Below are positions 41,745-50,461 of a stretch of DNA of 64,000 bases, in pieces. The translations under genes were made by a program, and so were the position numbers. Each line of letters begins with the position of its first letter. The stretch's first letter is position 1. The stretch is from Gammaproteobacteria bacterium (lineage in GTDB: Bacteria > Pseudomonadota > Gammaproteobacteria > Eutrophobiales > Eutrophobiaceae), in contig OZ244905.1 of NCBI GenBank assembly GCA_965221695.1, positions 896,001-960,000 of the forward strand. The letters run 5' to 3'. The notes below the pieces were generated by a model that searched no databases, was not told where the DNA came from, and saw only the letters and a list, made by a program, of their open reading frames with translations.

Positions 41745-43034
41745 ATGCATGATCTACAACAACTGGCCTTGATCTGGGCCAGTGTTTTTATCGCCTCCTG
41801 GCTCGCGGCAAAGACCAAGCTTACGCCGGTTTTGTATTTTCTCGCGGCCGGTTGCGTGATGGTCAACCTGGGTTGGTTACCCACCCACAGCACGCCATTC
41901 ATTGCCGGGTTTGCCGAGGTCGGCATTATCCTGATCATGTTCGCGCTGGGGTTTGAAGCCAATCCGAACCATTTCGTCCGCAGCATGAAACGCAGTTGGG
42001 GTATTGCGCTGTTCGGCGCGCTGGCGCCGTTCATCGCTGCCTGGTCTTGTGCACAGTATTTCTGGGGCGACGATAACATCGCGCTGTTATGCGGCCTGAC
42101 GATGACTGCCACCGCAGTATCGCTGACCATGGTCTCATTGAAGAGCGAGGGCTTGCACCTGTCCGCCGCGGCAAACGGGATCATGACGTCGGCAATCATT
42201 GATGATATCGCTTCTCTTGCACTGGTTGCCATTTTGATCCCGGTAGCCACCGGGTCGAGCCAGTTGTCGATTGCCGGTATCGGGTTGATTGTATTAAAGG
42301 CGCTGCTGTTCTTTATTATCATCGTTATAATTGCCGTCTGGATCATGCCGCACAGCGCCGACAGGGGGCTGCTGAAACGCTATCCTGTGCTGGGGCGCTT
42401 CGGGATGATTAACCTGCTCGCGATAGACAATGGCAGCAAGGCAACCCTGGTCATCCTGCTTGTTGCGATCGCGATCAGCCTGCTCGCCCACCAACTGGGG
42501 CTGCACCCGGCCGTCGGCGCTTACATGGCAGGGCTGATTATCAGGGAGCAGTATTTTCATTTCGGCAGTAAGGAAAACAAGGATGTCCTGTACCGGGACA
42601 CGCGCAGGATCATTGATGATGTCGCCTTTTCCTGGATTGGCCCGATCTTTTTCGTCAACCTGGGGACCGAGATCGTCTTAGACCCGGTCATATTTTTTTC
42701 CGTTCTCGATGAAACCCTGGTCCTGCTGTGCAGCGTGTTTTTTGCCCAGGTGATTTCCGCCGCGGCGGCGGCGCGCTACACCGGCAACTTCAACTGGCAG
42801 GATTCCATGATGATCGGTTTCGGCATGCTGGGGCGGGCGGAACTGGCGTTTGTCGTGATGAATATCGCCTATATTCAACACGGCATCTTCACGGAGGAAG
42901 TGTTCTACACCCTGATGTTCACCATTTTCTGGCTGAACGTGGCCGTTCCCGTCACCATCCGATTATGGCGACCGTATTACTCAGGGGACAAACCACTGCC
43001 CGGCAGCAAAACAGGGCCTTACAGGCCGGGTTAG
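41745..43034 (+). CDS. Cation:proton antiporter (CPA2 family)
   Basis: Multi-TM; IIDDI, GMLGRAELAF. Confidence 0.88.
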   Translation: MHDLQQLALIWASVFIASWLAAKTKLTPVLYFLAAGCVMVNLGWLPTHSTPFIAGFAEVGIILIMFALGFEANPNHFVRSMKRSWGIALFGALAPFIAAWSCAQYFWGDDNIALLCGLTMTATAVSLTMVSLKSEGLHLSAAANGIMTSAIIDDIASLALVAILIPVATGSSQLSIAGIGLIVLKALLFFIIIVIIAVWIMPHSADRGLLKRYPVLGRFGMINLLAIDNGSKATLVILLVAIAISLLAHQLGLHPAVGAYMAGLIIREQYFHFGSKENKDVLYRDTRRIIDDVAFSWIGPIFFVNLGTEIVLDPVIFFSVLDETLVLLCSVFFAQVISAAAAARYTGNFNWQDSMMIGFGMLGRAELAFVVMNIAYIQHGIFTEEVFYTLMFTIFWLNVAVPVTIRLWRPYYSGDKPLPGSKTGPYRPG

Positions 43035-43061
43035 CGTTTTCTCCTCTTGCCTGGTTCGCTG

Positions 43062-43505
43062 TCAAGGCCGGACGGGATGGCGGTCGGCAATACGCCATTC
43101 GGCGGGTTTGCCGCTGGCGTCATACAGTTCAATGGTGAACACGCCAGGGTGTGATGGCACCGCAATACCGGTGGTCATGCGTGTTTCCAAATCGTTTTTT
43201 CCGGCAACCGACTTCCACACGGGTGTGTCCCCGATCAGTTTGCCATTGAAGCCCAGTTTTAATTCCTGCGCTTTTGAACCGGTCAGGGTTACACGTATAT
43301 CCAAGGTATTGCCCGGATGGAAATCACCGCGGGTCTCCAGCATTACCATGCCATTTGCGAGTGGGCGTGTGCCGTGCTCCTGCCACATGTCCGGGCCGGA
43401 ACACATATATGGGGTCAGGGCAAAGCTGAGCATAATCATTGCCAGGGAGGGCCAGCGCCAGACACCCATTCCTTGCCAGACCAGCGCGGCGGGCTGGATT
43501 TTCAT
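43062..43505 (-). CDS. Hypothetical membrane-anchored protein coupled to the PepSY gene (FpvH-like position)
   Basis: ATGA overlap with the upstream gene; one N-terminal hydrophobic segment. Confidence 0.6.
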   Translation of the reverse strand: MKIQPAALVWQGMGVWRWPSLAMIMLSFALTPYMCSGPDMWQEHGTRPLANGMVMLETRGDFHPGNTLDIRVTLTGSKAQELKLGFNGKLIGDTPVWKSVAGKNDLETRMTTGIAVPSHPGVFTIELYDASGKPAEWRIADRHPVRP

Positions 43506-44623
43506 GCCGCTGCAACGGGGAGTTGCGGACCTGGTGAACACTTACCGGCAATCCGCAGACCGTAAATTACCACACCGGTCAGCGACAGCATGGACAACAG
43601 CAGTCCGAATACGAACCAGATAACCCGGGTAAGCAAACCGCCCCAGGTTCCGAAGTGTAATGGATCGGCCATCTCCGACAGACGTTGGTGAAAATTCAGT
43701 TGTTCACCGCGATAGCTGCCGGTGACCGTGAACGCCGACGGGTCTACAAACACCGCATTGGCTCTGTTGCGCACCAATAGCGCCCGGGCCTGGCCCGTCA
43801 CCGCAATACTTGCGGAAGGTTGTCCGGGAAAGTGTATCTCACTCACGTCAAGATCAGGCTCATGCGCACGCGCGACGGCTACGATACGATCCAGGTCACC
43901 GCCTGAGAGACCTACAGACAGCTCAGCGTCCCGCGCAAGCGCGGTTTCTGGCCTTGGCAACGGCGGGGCAGCGCCTCCCAGGGATTTTTCCGCCAGGTAC
44001 CACACGCCTGTCAACGCGATAACAGGGATAAACCAGAGCGACCAGATCGCCCCCAGGCGATGCAGGCCCCCGACCCAGCGGCGGGTTCTGCGCTGAAAGC
44101 GGGGAGCACGAAAGTAACCAGTCCAGAACCGCCTGTACACGATGATGCCGGTCACCATCGACAGGATCAGAACGAACGAAAACATACAAACGATGGGTAT
44201 GCCGATAGCATTAGGCAGCATCATGTGACGGTGGGTTTGGCGCAGGAAGCGTTGCACGTTGAACCACCCGGTTACACCCCGGTACTGGCCGCTGTAGGGG
44301 TCGATCCATACGCGCAACAATTTCCCGGAAGGCGACACGAACACCGCCTGCACAGCCCACCAAGGGTCCTTGTGCGCCAGCAACGCGTTCAGCTTTCCAT
44401 CCGGATAAGCTGCGCGCGCGCTGGCATAAATCTGCCCCCAGGTAGTTGTTTGGCGCGATTTGCCGGTTTTATCCGAATACGCGACGCGCATTTCCGGGTT
44501 CAGCAACCAGTCAATCTCGTAGCTGAAAACCGCCAACGTGCCGGTGATAAGGATAAAACTCATCATCAAAGAGAGTTTCAGCCCCAACCAGGAATGGAGC
44601 GCCCAGAGTGCACGGCGTTTCAA
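43502..44623 (-). CDS. PepSY-associated TM-helix protein (iron-regulated, FpvG-like)
   Basis: LHSWLG, THR, LHR, PLHFGTWGG conserved histidines. Confidence 0.88.
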   Translation of the reverse strand: MKRRALWALHSWLGLKLSLMMSFILITGTLAVFSYEIDWLLNPEMRVAYSDKTGKSRQTTTWGQIYASARAAYPDGKLNALLAHKDPWWAVQAVFVSPSGKLLRVWIDPYSGQYRGVTGWFNVQRFLRQTHRHMMLPNAIGIPIVCMFSFVLILSMVTGIIVYRRFWTGYFRAPRFQRRTRRWVGGLHRLGAIWSLWFIPVIALTGVWYLAEKSLGGAAPPLPRPETALARDAELSVGLSGGDLDRIVAVARAHEPDLDVSEIHFPGQPSASIAVTGQARALLVRNRANAVFVDPSAFTVTGSYRGEQLNFHQRLSEMADPLHFGTWGGLLTRVIWFVFGLLLSMLSLTGVVIYGLRIAGKCSPGPQLPVAAA

Positions 44624-44686
44624 TGGTCTGCACTTACCTTGCGCGGGTAGTCTTCTGTTAGCTTATCCCTGTTGTATTTCGGCTTT

Positions 44687-47002
44687 TCAGAACTCATAGG
44701 CTGCGGACACCGCAAAAGTGCGTAGGGCCGCCGTACCGACACGGATAGCGCCAAGCAATTCGCTGGCAAATGCCTGGGCCTGGCGATATTCCTTATCGAA
44801 CACGTTGCGCACATTGACCTGGATTTTCCACGGTCCACGCTTGTAGTATCCGGCAACATCGACCTGCTCCCAAGAACCATACTGCGCGCGATTTTCATAA
44901 CTGACGTAAACATCACCCTGGTGGAACAGGCCGCCACCCAATCCCAACAGGCCGTTCAAAACGGAAATTTCGTAAAACGTAAACAGGTTGAAATTATGTT
45001 TTGCTATTCCAGGCAAACGGTTCCCCTTGGTGAATTGAGCGCCGAATTCACCGGTTCCACCTGTACTGAACGAATTGTCGATATAGCTGTAACCGGCGCG
45101 TATTCGCCAATAATCAGTAATGTTGCCAACCAGTTCGACCTCAAGACCATCGCTGGAAATGCCGCCGATATTGTCGTAACGGATATCGCCTGCCAGGGTC
45201 GCATTCCCTTCGCTATCGAACGGATTTGCCACATAAGGCACATCTTCAAGGTCGACAGTGTATAGCGCGCCGGTCAGCAACAGATCCTCATCGAACAATG
45301 CCCACTTGAAACCTAGCTCCCAGGCTTTCGAGGTTTGTGGGTCGACAGTGCGATCATCCATGCCAAGCAGGCCGCCGGATGGCGTATAGCCCTGGGAATA
45401 ACTCAGATAGGTCGAAAAGCTGTCTGCCGGTGAATAGACCAGTCCGCCCCTGAAACTGAAATCATCGTCGGTAAAATCACCATTCTTATCCTCGAAGTCC
45501 GAATAACGACCACCGACAAGCACGCCGACACGCTCACCAAAACGAATATAGTCCAATACATTGACGCCAAGTTCGTTGAAGTCCTGGTTCGTTGATGTGC
45601 CCCGGCTGCGAATCCGGAAAATTACCGACTCCGTGGCCCGGGTGATATCCGGGTCGTTGAGCTCTTCCTGCGTGAACTGCGTGAAGTACTCGCCTGAGGC
45701 AACATTGAAAAACACATTTCGGTCGCCGCGGAAATTCTCTGATCGTGTGCTGAAATCTTCCCACGTCACCGAAGCAAGGATTTTGTGTTCAAGCTGCGCG
45801 GGGCCCTGAAAATTCAGGATATTCTTGAATGCGATCCGTTGTGTTTTGCCGGAACCCTCTGACATACGGGGCTGAATCAGAACCAGGTCAGCAACTGGCG
45901 AGCCCGGCGGTCCTACTATATCCCGGTTCGACGTGATAAAGCGTGGCGACGAATCGACATTGAGTTTGTCGTTATCGGTACGCGCATAGCTCAGTTCTGC
46001 CTGCCAGAATTCACCGAAGCGGCGCTCCAGGACTACATGGAAACGCTTGGATTCGGCCTCGGTCTTGTCGTTATGGTTAGGAATCCCGAAGAACTGGCTG
46101 CTGTCCAGCCGGTCACTATAGAAATAACCATCAACCATATTGCCGTCCAGTACCTGTCCACGATCCTGTGTGTAGTTATCGTCGATGTACTCATAACTGA
46201 GGTTCAGACTCGTTGAAGCGCCAAGTTCAAAGGTGAGCGATGGGTTCAGGAGCAGGCGCTTGCGAAACACCTCATCCCGGTAACTGTCCGTATCCTGGTA
46301 AGCGCCAACCAAGCGGTAAGCCACGCTGTCACCCTCCCATAGGGGAACAGGACCGGTAATATCAAACTCGGCCTTATAGAAGTCATCGCTCCCGCCAATC
46401 AGCTCTACACTCATATTCTGCTCGAACTGAGGACGCTTGGTCACATAATTGATAATTCCTCCCGGTTCCCCTTGCCCATAGAGCAAGGCAGAAGGTCCCT
46501 TGAGCACATCAATGCGCGCGATATTGGCGGTTTCCGTCGAGGGGATGTTGGATGCATTAAGCGCATTATTGATGCGCGCGCCGTCCTTGTAAATTGACTG
46601 TGATGCATCGAAGCCACGGATGGAGAATTTCTCCTCGCCGCCATTCCCGGTCTTGAATTTGGTCACGCCGGCGACGTTACGCAGCGCATCATCAACATTA
46701 TTCACCTGCTGGTCCAACAACAGGTCCTGGGGGATAACACTCACCGCCGCCGGGGTGTCAAACAGCGACAGGTCCAGGCCGAGGGCAGTCTGTGATGACG
46801 CCGGCAGATAATCACGCCGATGCGCGGTTACCCGCACCTCTTCGATTGTATCGTCCCCGGCAACATTCGCACCGGAATCTTCGGCCTGTCCCGCCCACGG
46901 GGCTAAGACGCACAGGATAGCTGCGGGAATCGCGCCAACCCGAATACCGTATTGGCGCAATAGTAAATTGACGAACCGGCAATATGCCTTGCCAAATCTC
47001 AT
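44687..47002 (-). CDS. TonB-dependent siderophore-type receptor
   Basis: TonB box IEEVRVTA, IDVLKGPSALLYG...GGIINYVTKRP, C-terminal YEF. Confidence 0.92.
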   Translation of the reverse strand: MRFGKAYCRFVNLLLRQYGIRVGAIPAAILCVLAPWAGQAEDSGANVAGDDTIEEVRVTAHRRDYLPASSQTALGLDLSLFDTPAAVSVIPQDLLLDQQVNNVDDALRNVAGVTKFKTGNGGEEKFSIRGFDASQSIYKDGARINNALNASNIPSTETANIARIDVLKGPSALLYGQGEPGGIINYVTKRPQFEQNMSVELIGGSDDFYKAEFDITGPVPLWEGDSVAYRLVGAYQDTDSYRDEVFRKRLLLNPSLTFELGASTSLNLSYEYIDDNYTQDRGQVLDGNMVDGYFYSDRLDSSQFFGIPNHNDKTEAESKRFHVVLERRFGEFWQAELSYARTDNDKLNVDSSPRFITSNRDIVGPPGSPVADLVLIQPRMSEGSGKTQRIAFKNILNFQGPAQLEHKILASVTWEDFSTRSENFRGDRNVFFNVASGEYFTQFTQEELNDPDITRATESVIFRIRSRGTSTNQDFNELGVNVLDYIRFGERVGVLVGGRYSDFEDKNGDFTDDDFSFRGGLVYSPADSFSTYLSYSQGYTPSGGLLGMDDRTVDPQTSKAWELGFKWALFDEDLLLTGALYTVDLEDVPYVANPFDSEGNATLAGDIRYDNIGGISSDGLEVELVGNITDYWRIRAGYSYIDNSFSTGGTGEFGAQFTKGNRLPGIAKHNFNLFTFYEISVLNGLLGLGGGLFHQGDVYVSYENRAQYGSWEQVDVAGYYKRGPWKIQVNVRNVFDKEYRQAQAFASELLGAIRVGTAALRTFAVSAAYEF

Positions 47003-47121
47003 TGATTAGTTCCTCCATCGATGAGAGTCTGGCTGGCGGCTTGAGATCGCGCATCAGTACGGCAAAGGCGATGAAGCTGGCTGGCTTGACTGAAATAATT
47101 GTTAAGCTATATTTCGCATCA

Positions 47122-47140
47122 AATGCGAATAATTCTCATT
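47122..47140. promoter_or_regulatory. Fur box upstream of the TonB receptor
   Basis: aatgcgaataattctcatt; TTGACA on the minus strand at 47162-47167. Confidence 0.75.
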
Positions 47141-47335
47141 ATTAACTATGATGCGTATGCCTGTCAAGAAAAATCGGATTTCGAGCAACCCTCCTTGCTA
47201 TGAGGCATTGTATTATTGCTCCCGTCTGTGCGCGCAAACCCTGAATTAATCCACCAAGAGGTTTTAGCCCTATCATGTCAAACTATTACATATCGTTTGT
47301 GTAACGGTTTACTCTTCCGGCGCGAACTGGAGGGT

Positions 47336-47491
47336 TCACTTGGTCAATATCAGTTTGTTATTCGCGGTGATACGCAGAAGATAACGCTCATTGTTATGCA
47401 AAATATAAATCTCCCGGTCCCGGCCGATCAGTTGATGACTGTCCACCTGTTTCGGCACCGGCGTTTTTTTTATCTCACCCGTGTTTGCCAT
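47336..47491 (-). CDS. hemP: Hemin uptake protein HemP (not in ORF track)
   Basis: Hand translation MANTGEIKKTPVPKQVDSHQLIGRDREIYILHNNERYLLRITANNKLILTK, ending in the family signature KLILTK. Confidence 0.9.
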   Translation of the reverse strand: MANTGEIKKTPVPKQVDSHQLIGRDREIYILHNNERYLLRITANNKLILTK

Positions 47492-47497
47492 TATGAT

Positions 47498-47719
47498 TTA
47501 ATGGCTGTGGATACTCAGGTTATCGTGCGCCTTGTGTCCATAGTGTTTCCTGTATATGGAGCTAAACGCCCCGCAGATATTTTCAAACACCTCTTCCCGC
47601 AAACGCAGGCTCAGCGGACCGATATGCACGTGATACATCCGGCAGTCGGGGCATTGGGTAATGGAACAGTATTCAGATTGTACAACAGTCACTGTTTGAC
47701 AGGTTGCATGCTGGCTCAT
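47498..47719 (-). CDS. Small Cys/His-rich hypothetical protein
   Basis: SD ggag, CPDC.MYHVHIGPLSLRL; lies between a Fur box and hemP. Confidence 0.75.
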   Translation of the reverse strand: MSQHATCQTVTVVQSEYCSITQCPDCRMYHVHIGPLSLRLREEVFENICGAFSSIYRKHYGHKAHDNLSIHSH

Positions 47720-47751
47720 GGTTTTACTCCATCACAAGATATATTAATGCT

Positions 47752-47770
47752 AATGAGAATAGTTATCATT
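47752..47770. promoter_or_regulatory. Fur box upstream of the Cys/His protein-hemP operon
   Basis: aatgagaatagttatcatt; TTGACA-N16-TAAGCT immediately upstream on the minus strand. Confidence 0.8.
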
Positions 47771-47921
47771 TAGCTTATCATCCAATAAATCCGTGTCAAG
47801 TATTTATTTCATTATTTCATTACGCGAATAAAGTCCTAGCGACCAGGTGTGAAGCTGAAGGATTGACTTTACTCAAGAGAGCGCAGAAAAGGCGGCACAT
47901 GAATCATTCAGAGAACATGTA

Positions 47922-47962
47922 ACTGCCCGGCAGCAAAACAGGGCCTTACAGGCCGGGTTAGC
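47922..47962 (+). repeat. 41-bp exact copy of the antiporter 3' end (42995-43035)
   Basis: actgcccggcagcaaaacagggccttacaggccgggttagc at both sites. Confidence 0.92.
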
Positions 47963-48076
47963 TCGGATATTGCGCCAATGGATGCGATGATCGCACAGGA
48001 TTTTTCCGGGCCGGCTGTTAGAGAATGTGTAACCGGCGATTTATACAGAAATATTTACAGTCCCGCTGTAGAACTG

Positions 48077-48802
48077 TCACTCAAATACCCGGGGTTCAAA
48101 ACCAGCCCGGTTGACAATGCTGGCGCTGCTGCCGGTCGCCCTGATAACGAATAATCCCTGCCGCTCGGCATACCTCACCACACTCGAATCCGCCTTCAGG
48201 TAGGCCACGGCTCCCAATACCCGATGACCACGGTAACGGCGCATCCAACTCGTGAAATTCTCCAACTTCTCCACAAACTCCGTTACCGCCTCAGACCGTA
48301 ATGTCGTCTTTACTTCCACAACCACCACATCGGTCGTATTATCTGCAACTATGTCAAACTCGTAACTGTGGCCATTGCGTTGCCCTTTCACATTGGTTGA
48401 AGTCTGCTCAACCGTTATCTGTCGGGTTTGCAACAACGGTAACAGGTCGCCTTCGACCAGGCTTTCCATCAGTTTGCCCCATTGACTGGTAAACAATGCC
48501 TCCGTCTTTTTTATTTGTTCAGAGGTTTCTTTTACTTGCTGCTCGGTCTCTTTAACCTGTTGTGCGGTTTCCCTCACCTGCTGCTCTGTTTCCTTCAGCC
48601 TTCGGTCAGTCTCTTGCATCTGCCGATCGGTCTCCTTCAGCCTTCGGTCAGTCTCCTGCATCTGCCGAGCGGTCTCCTTCTGACGTTCGGATAATTCCTT
48701 GTTCCACACAGACAGTTCTTTATTGTTTTGTGAAACCTGGCGTAGTATGGCCCAAATTTCATCCGGGGTGGCGGGGGTGGAATTTGTAGGTTTATGTTCC
48801 AT
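48077..48802 (-). CDS. Coiled-coil heptad-repeat protein with C-terminal PD-(D/E)XK-like domain (DUF3782-like)
   Basis: (K/Q)ETDR heptads; WGKLMESLV...EFDIVA...VEVK. Confidence 0.8.
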   Translation of the reverse strand: MEHKPTNSTPATPDEIWAILRQVSQNNKELSVWNKELSERQKETARQMQETDRRLKETDRQMQETDRRLKETEQQVRETAQQVKETEQQVKETSEQIKKTEALFTSQWGKLMESLVEGDLLPLLQTRQITVEQTSTNVKGQRNGHSYEFDIVADNTTDVVVVEVKTTLRSEAVTEFVEKLENFTSWMRRYRGHRVLGAVAYLKADSSVVRYAERQGLFVIRATGSSASIVNRAGFEPRVFE

Positions 48803-48980
48803 TATCCTTCTCCTGTTATAAGTTGAATGTGAGATTAACAACAAGCGCCAGTTTGCTTGTCAAGCTTATGTTAACACGTATTGGCGCAAGCCAACATAAG
48901 AAGTTCCGCCGTTCACTTGTTAATAATGGAAACTAACGCGCAAACCTTGAATTAATGTGCGAAAACGTTATAGTCACCTC

Positions 48981-49586
48981 ATGTCAATACCAGTGCATAC
49001 CGCAAATTCCTGTGCTCACACGCTACTGTTCAGCGCGCTCCTGCTAACGACTCCGGGGCTGCTCGCGAGCAGCGTCAAACTCAGCGATAAAGCGGTGCAG
49101 GAAGTGGAAAAAACGGTGATTGATTCTGCGGAGGAGGAAAAACAACGCCAGGCCATTGCGGTGATGCTGGCCGAATACGAGATTGACGGAAGGAAACTGC
49201 TTGACGGGCTGGATGAAAATCCGGACAGGACCAGGATTGACGAACAGGCCGGCGTCCTCCTGTCTGCGGGTGAGATGATTATGGATTGGGCGCGTTTTCG
49301 TTTGCAACAATGCGATGAATACCTGGAGAAAGCCCGGGAACTCAAGGCAAAGATTGCCGACATTACCCTGGAAACGCTGGAGAAAGATTATCATCATGAC
49401 GGCGCTTTGCCTAAAGCGCCACCGGAGTGTTACCACGTAAAAGATACTTTCGTACATCCCGCCACGGTACTGGCGCTTACCCGCGATGACCCTGCCCTTG
49501 CAGAGGAAACCATTACCGCTATCAGGGCGGAGATCCAGGAAGTGCTAGGCCATACGGAAGTCGTCCGGCAACTGGTCGTGTATTAA
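48981..49586 (+). CDS. Hypothetical exported protein with His/Cys motifs
   Basis: Signal-peptide-like segment; a diverged copy differs mainly at synonymous sites, which supports coding; start uncertain. Confidence 0.8.
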   Translation: MSIPVHTANSCAHTLLFSALLLTTPGLLASSVKLSDKAVQEVEKTVIDSAEEEKQRQAIAVMLAEYEIDGRKLLDGLDENPDRTRIDEQAGVLLSAGEMIMDWARFRLQQCDEYLEKARELKAKIADITLETLEKDYHHDGALPKAPPECYHVKDTFVHPATVLALTRDDPALAEETITAIRAEIQEVLGHTEVVRQLVVY

Positions 49587-49648
49587 CCCGTCACCATCAG
49601 GTTATGGCGACCTTATTATTCAGGAGAAAAGCCACTGCCCGGCAGCAA
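49587..49648 (+). pseudogene. 62-bp diverged copy of antiporter 3' region (42948-43009)
   Basis: 7 substitutions, 6 synonymous in the antiporter frame and one D to E. Confidence 0.88.
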
Positions 49649-49683
49649 TAGTACTCTTTCAATTAAATTATGAAAGAGTACTA
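49649..49683. repeat. 35-bp TA-bounded palindrome
   Basis: tagtactctttca-attaaatta-tgaaagagtacta. Confidence 0.8.
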
Positions 49684-50421
49684 GAGTTCCTCAGGCGGTT
49701 CGTTATTTTCATAACTTCCTATCCTGTCGCGGACCATATTTTCCAGCCTAACCACATCGTCAATGTGGAGACGATTTTTCTCTTTCCGAATCAGTCCGCA
49801 AGAAGTAAGCTCCGTCATCTCCCTGGATATCGCTTCCCTGTGGGTGCTGATGCGGTTGGCGAGTTCAACATGTCTTGGCGCCGGTGATATGGTCGCGGTA
49901 TTAGGGTTGTCCATATTTCTCCAGGCAAGTCGCAGCAGTTCAGCATGGAGTCTGTTTCTGACATCCAGGGAACTGAATTCCACAATCCGTCGTGACAGTA
50001 TCCTGACAAGTTGGGCAAAGCGCATAAACGTCCTGGACATGACCGAAGGATATAACTGTAAAATCCACAGAAAATTCTCAGCGGACATTGCCGCAAGCAG
50101 AGTATTGTCAAGGCTGACCACATAGGCAGAGCGGGATTTTCTGTCCATGGCGGTAATTTCACCGAACATTTCTCCAGCGACCTGTTCTCCAAAAGATATT
50201 TCTCTTCCCGAAGCGGTATAAATCGCGACCTTGACCTTGCCGCTGATGATGAAATAAACATCAGTGTCAATATCATTATCGGCTGTGATGATGTCTCCCT
50301 CAGCAAATTGCAATCCCCGGCATTTATCAGCAATCATCTTACGCTCGTTGAAAGAAAGGTCACTAAATATCTCAACTGCGGATAATACCCCTGCTGATAT
50401 CTCGATAGTTTTTCTTGTCAT
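49681..50421 (-). CDS. Crp/Fnr family transcriptional regulator
   Basis: cNMP domain GEMFGE...RSA; HTH ELANRISTHREAISRE. Confidence 0.9.
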   Translation of the reverse strand: MTRKTIEISAGVLSAVEIFSDLSFNERKMIADKCRGLQFAEGDIITADNDIDTDVYFIISGKVKVAIYTASGREISFGEQVAGEMFGEITAMDRKSRSAYVVSLDNTLLAAMSAENFLWILQLYPSVMSRTFMRFAQLVRILSRRIVEFSSLDVRNRLHAELLRLAWRNMDNPNTATISPAPRHVELANRISTHREAISREMTELTSCGLIRKEKNRLHIDDVVRLENMVRDRIGSYENNEPPEEL

Positions 50422-50461
50422 TATTATCTCCCGTGTGGTTGATAGCCCGTCCAGGAAAATA

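Noticed and set aside
47003-47120. Possible cobalamin or other riboswitch in the TonB receptor leader
   Set aside because: No conserved riboswitch motif recognised; the Fur box accounts for regulation. An Rfam scan would settle it.
47216-47773. 185-aa plus-strand ORF
   Set aside because: It is antisense to hemP and the Cys/His gene, which have a family signature, SD and Fur box on the minus strand.
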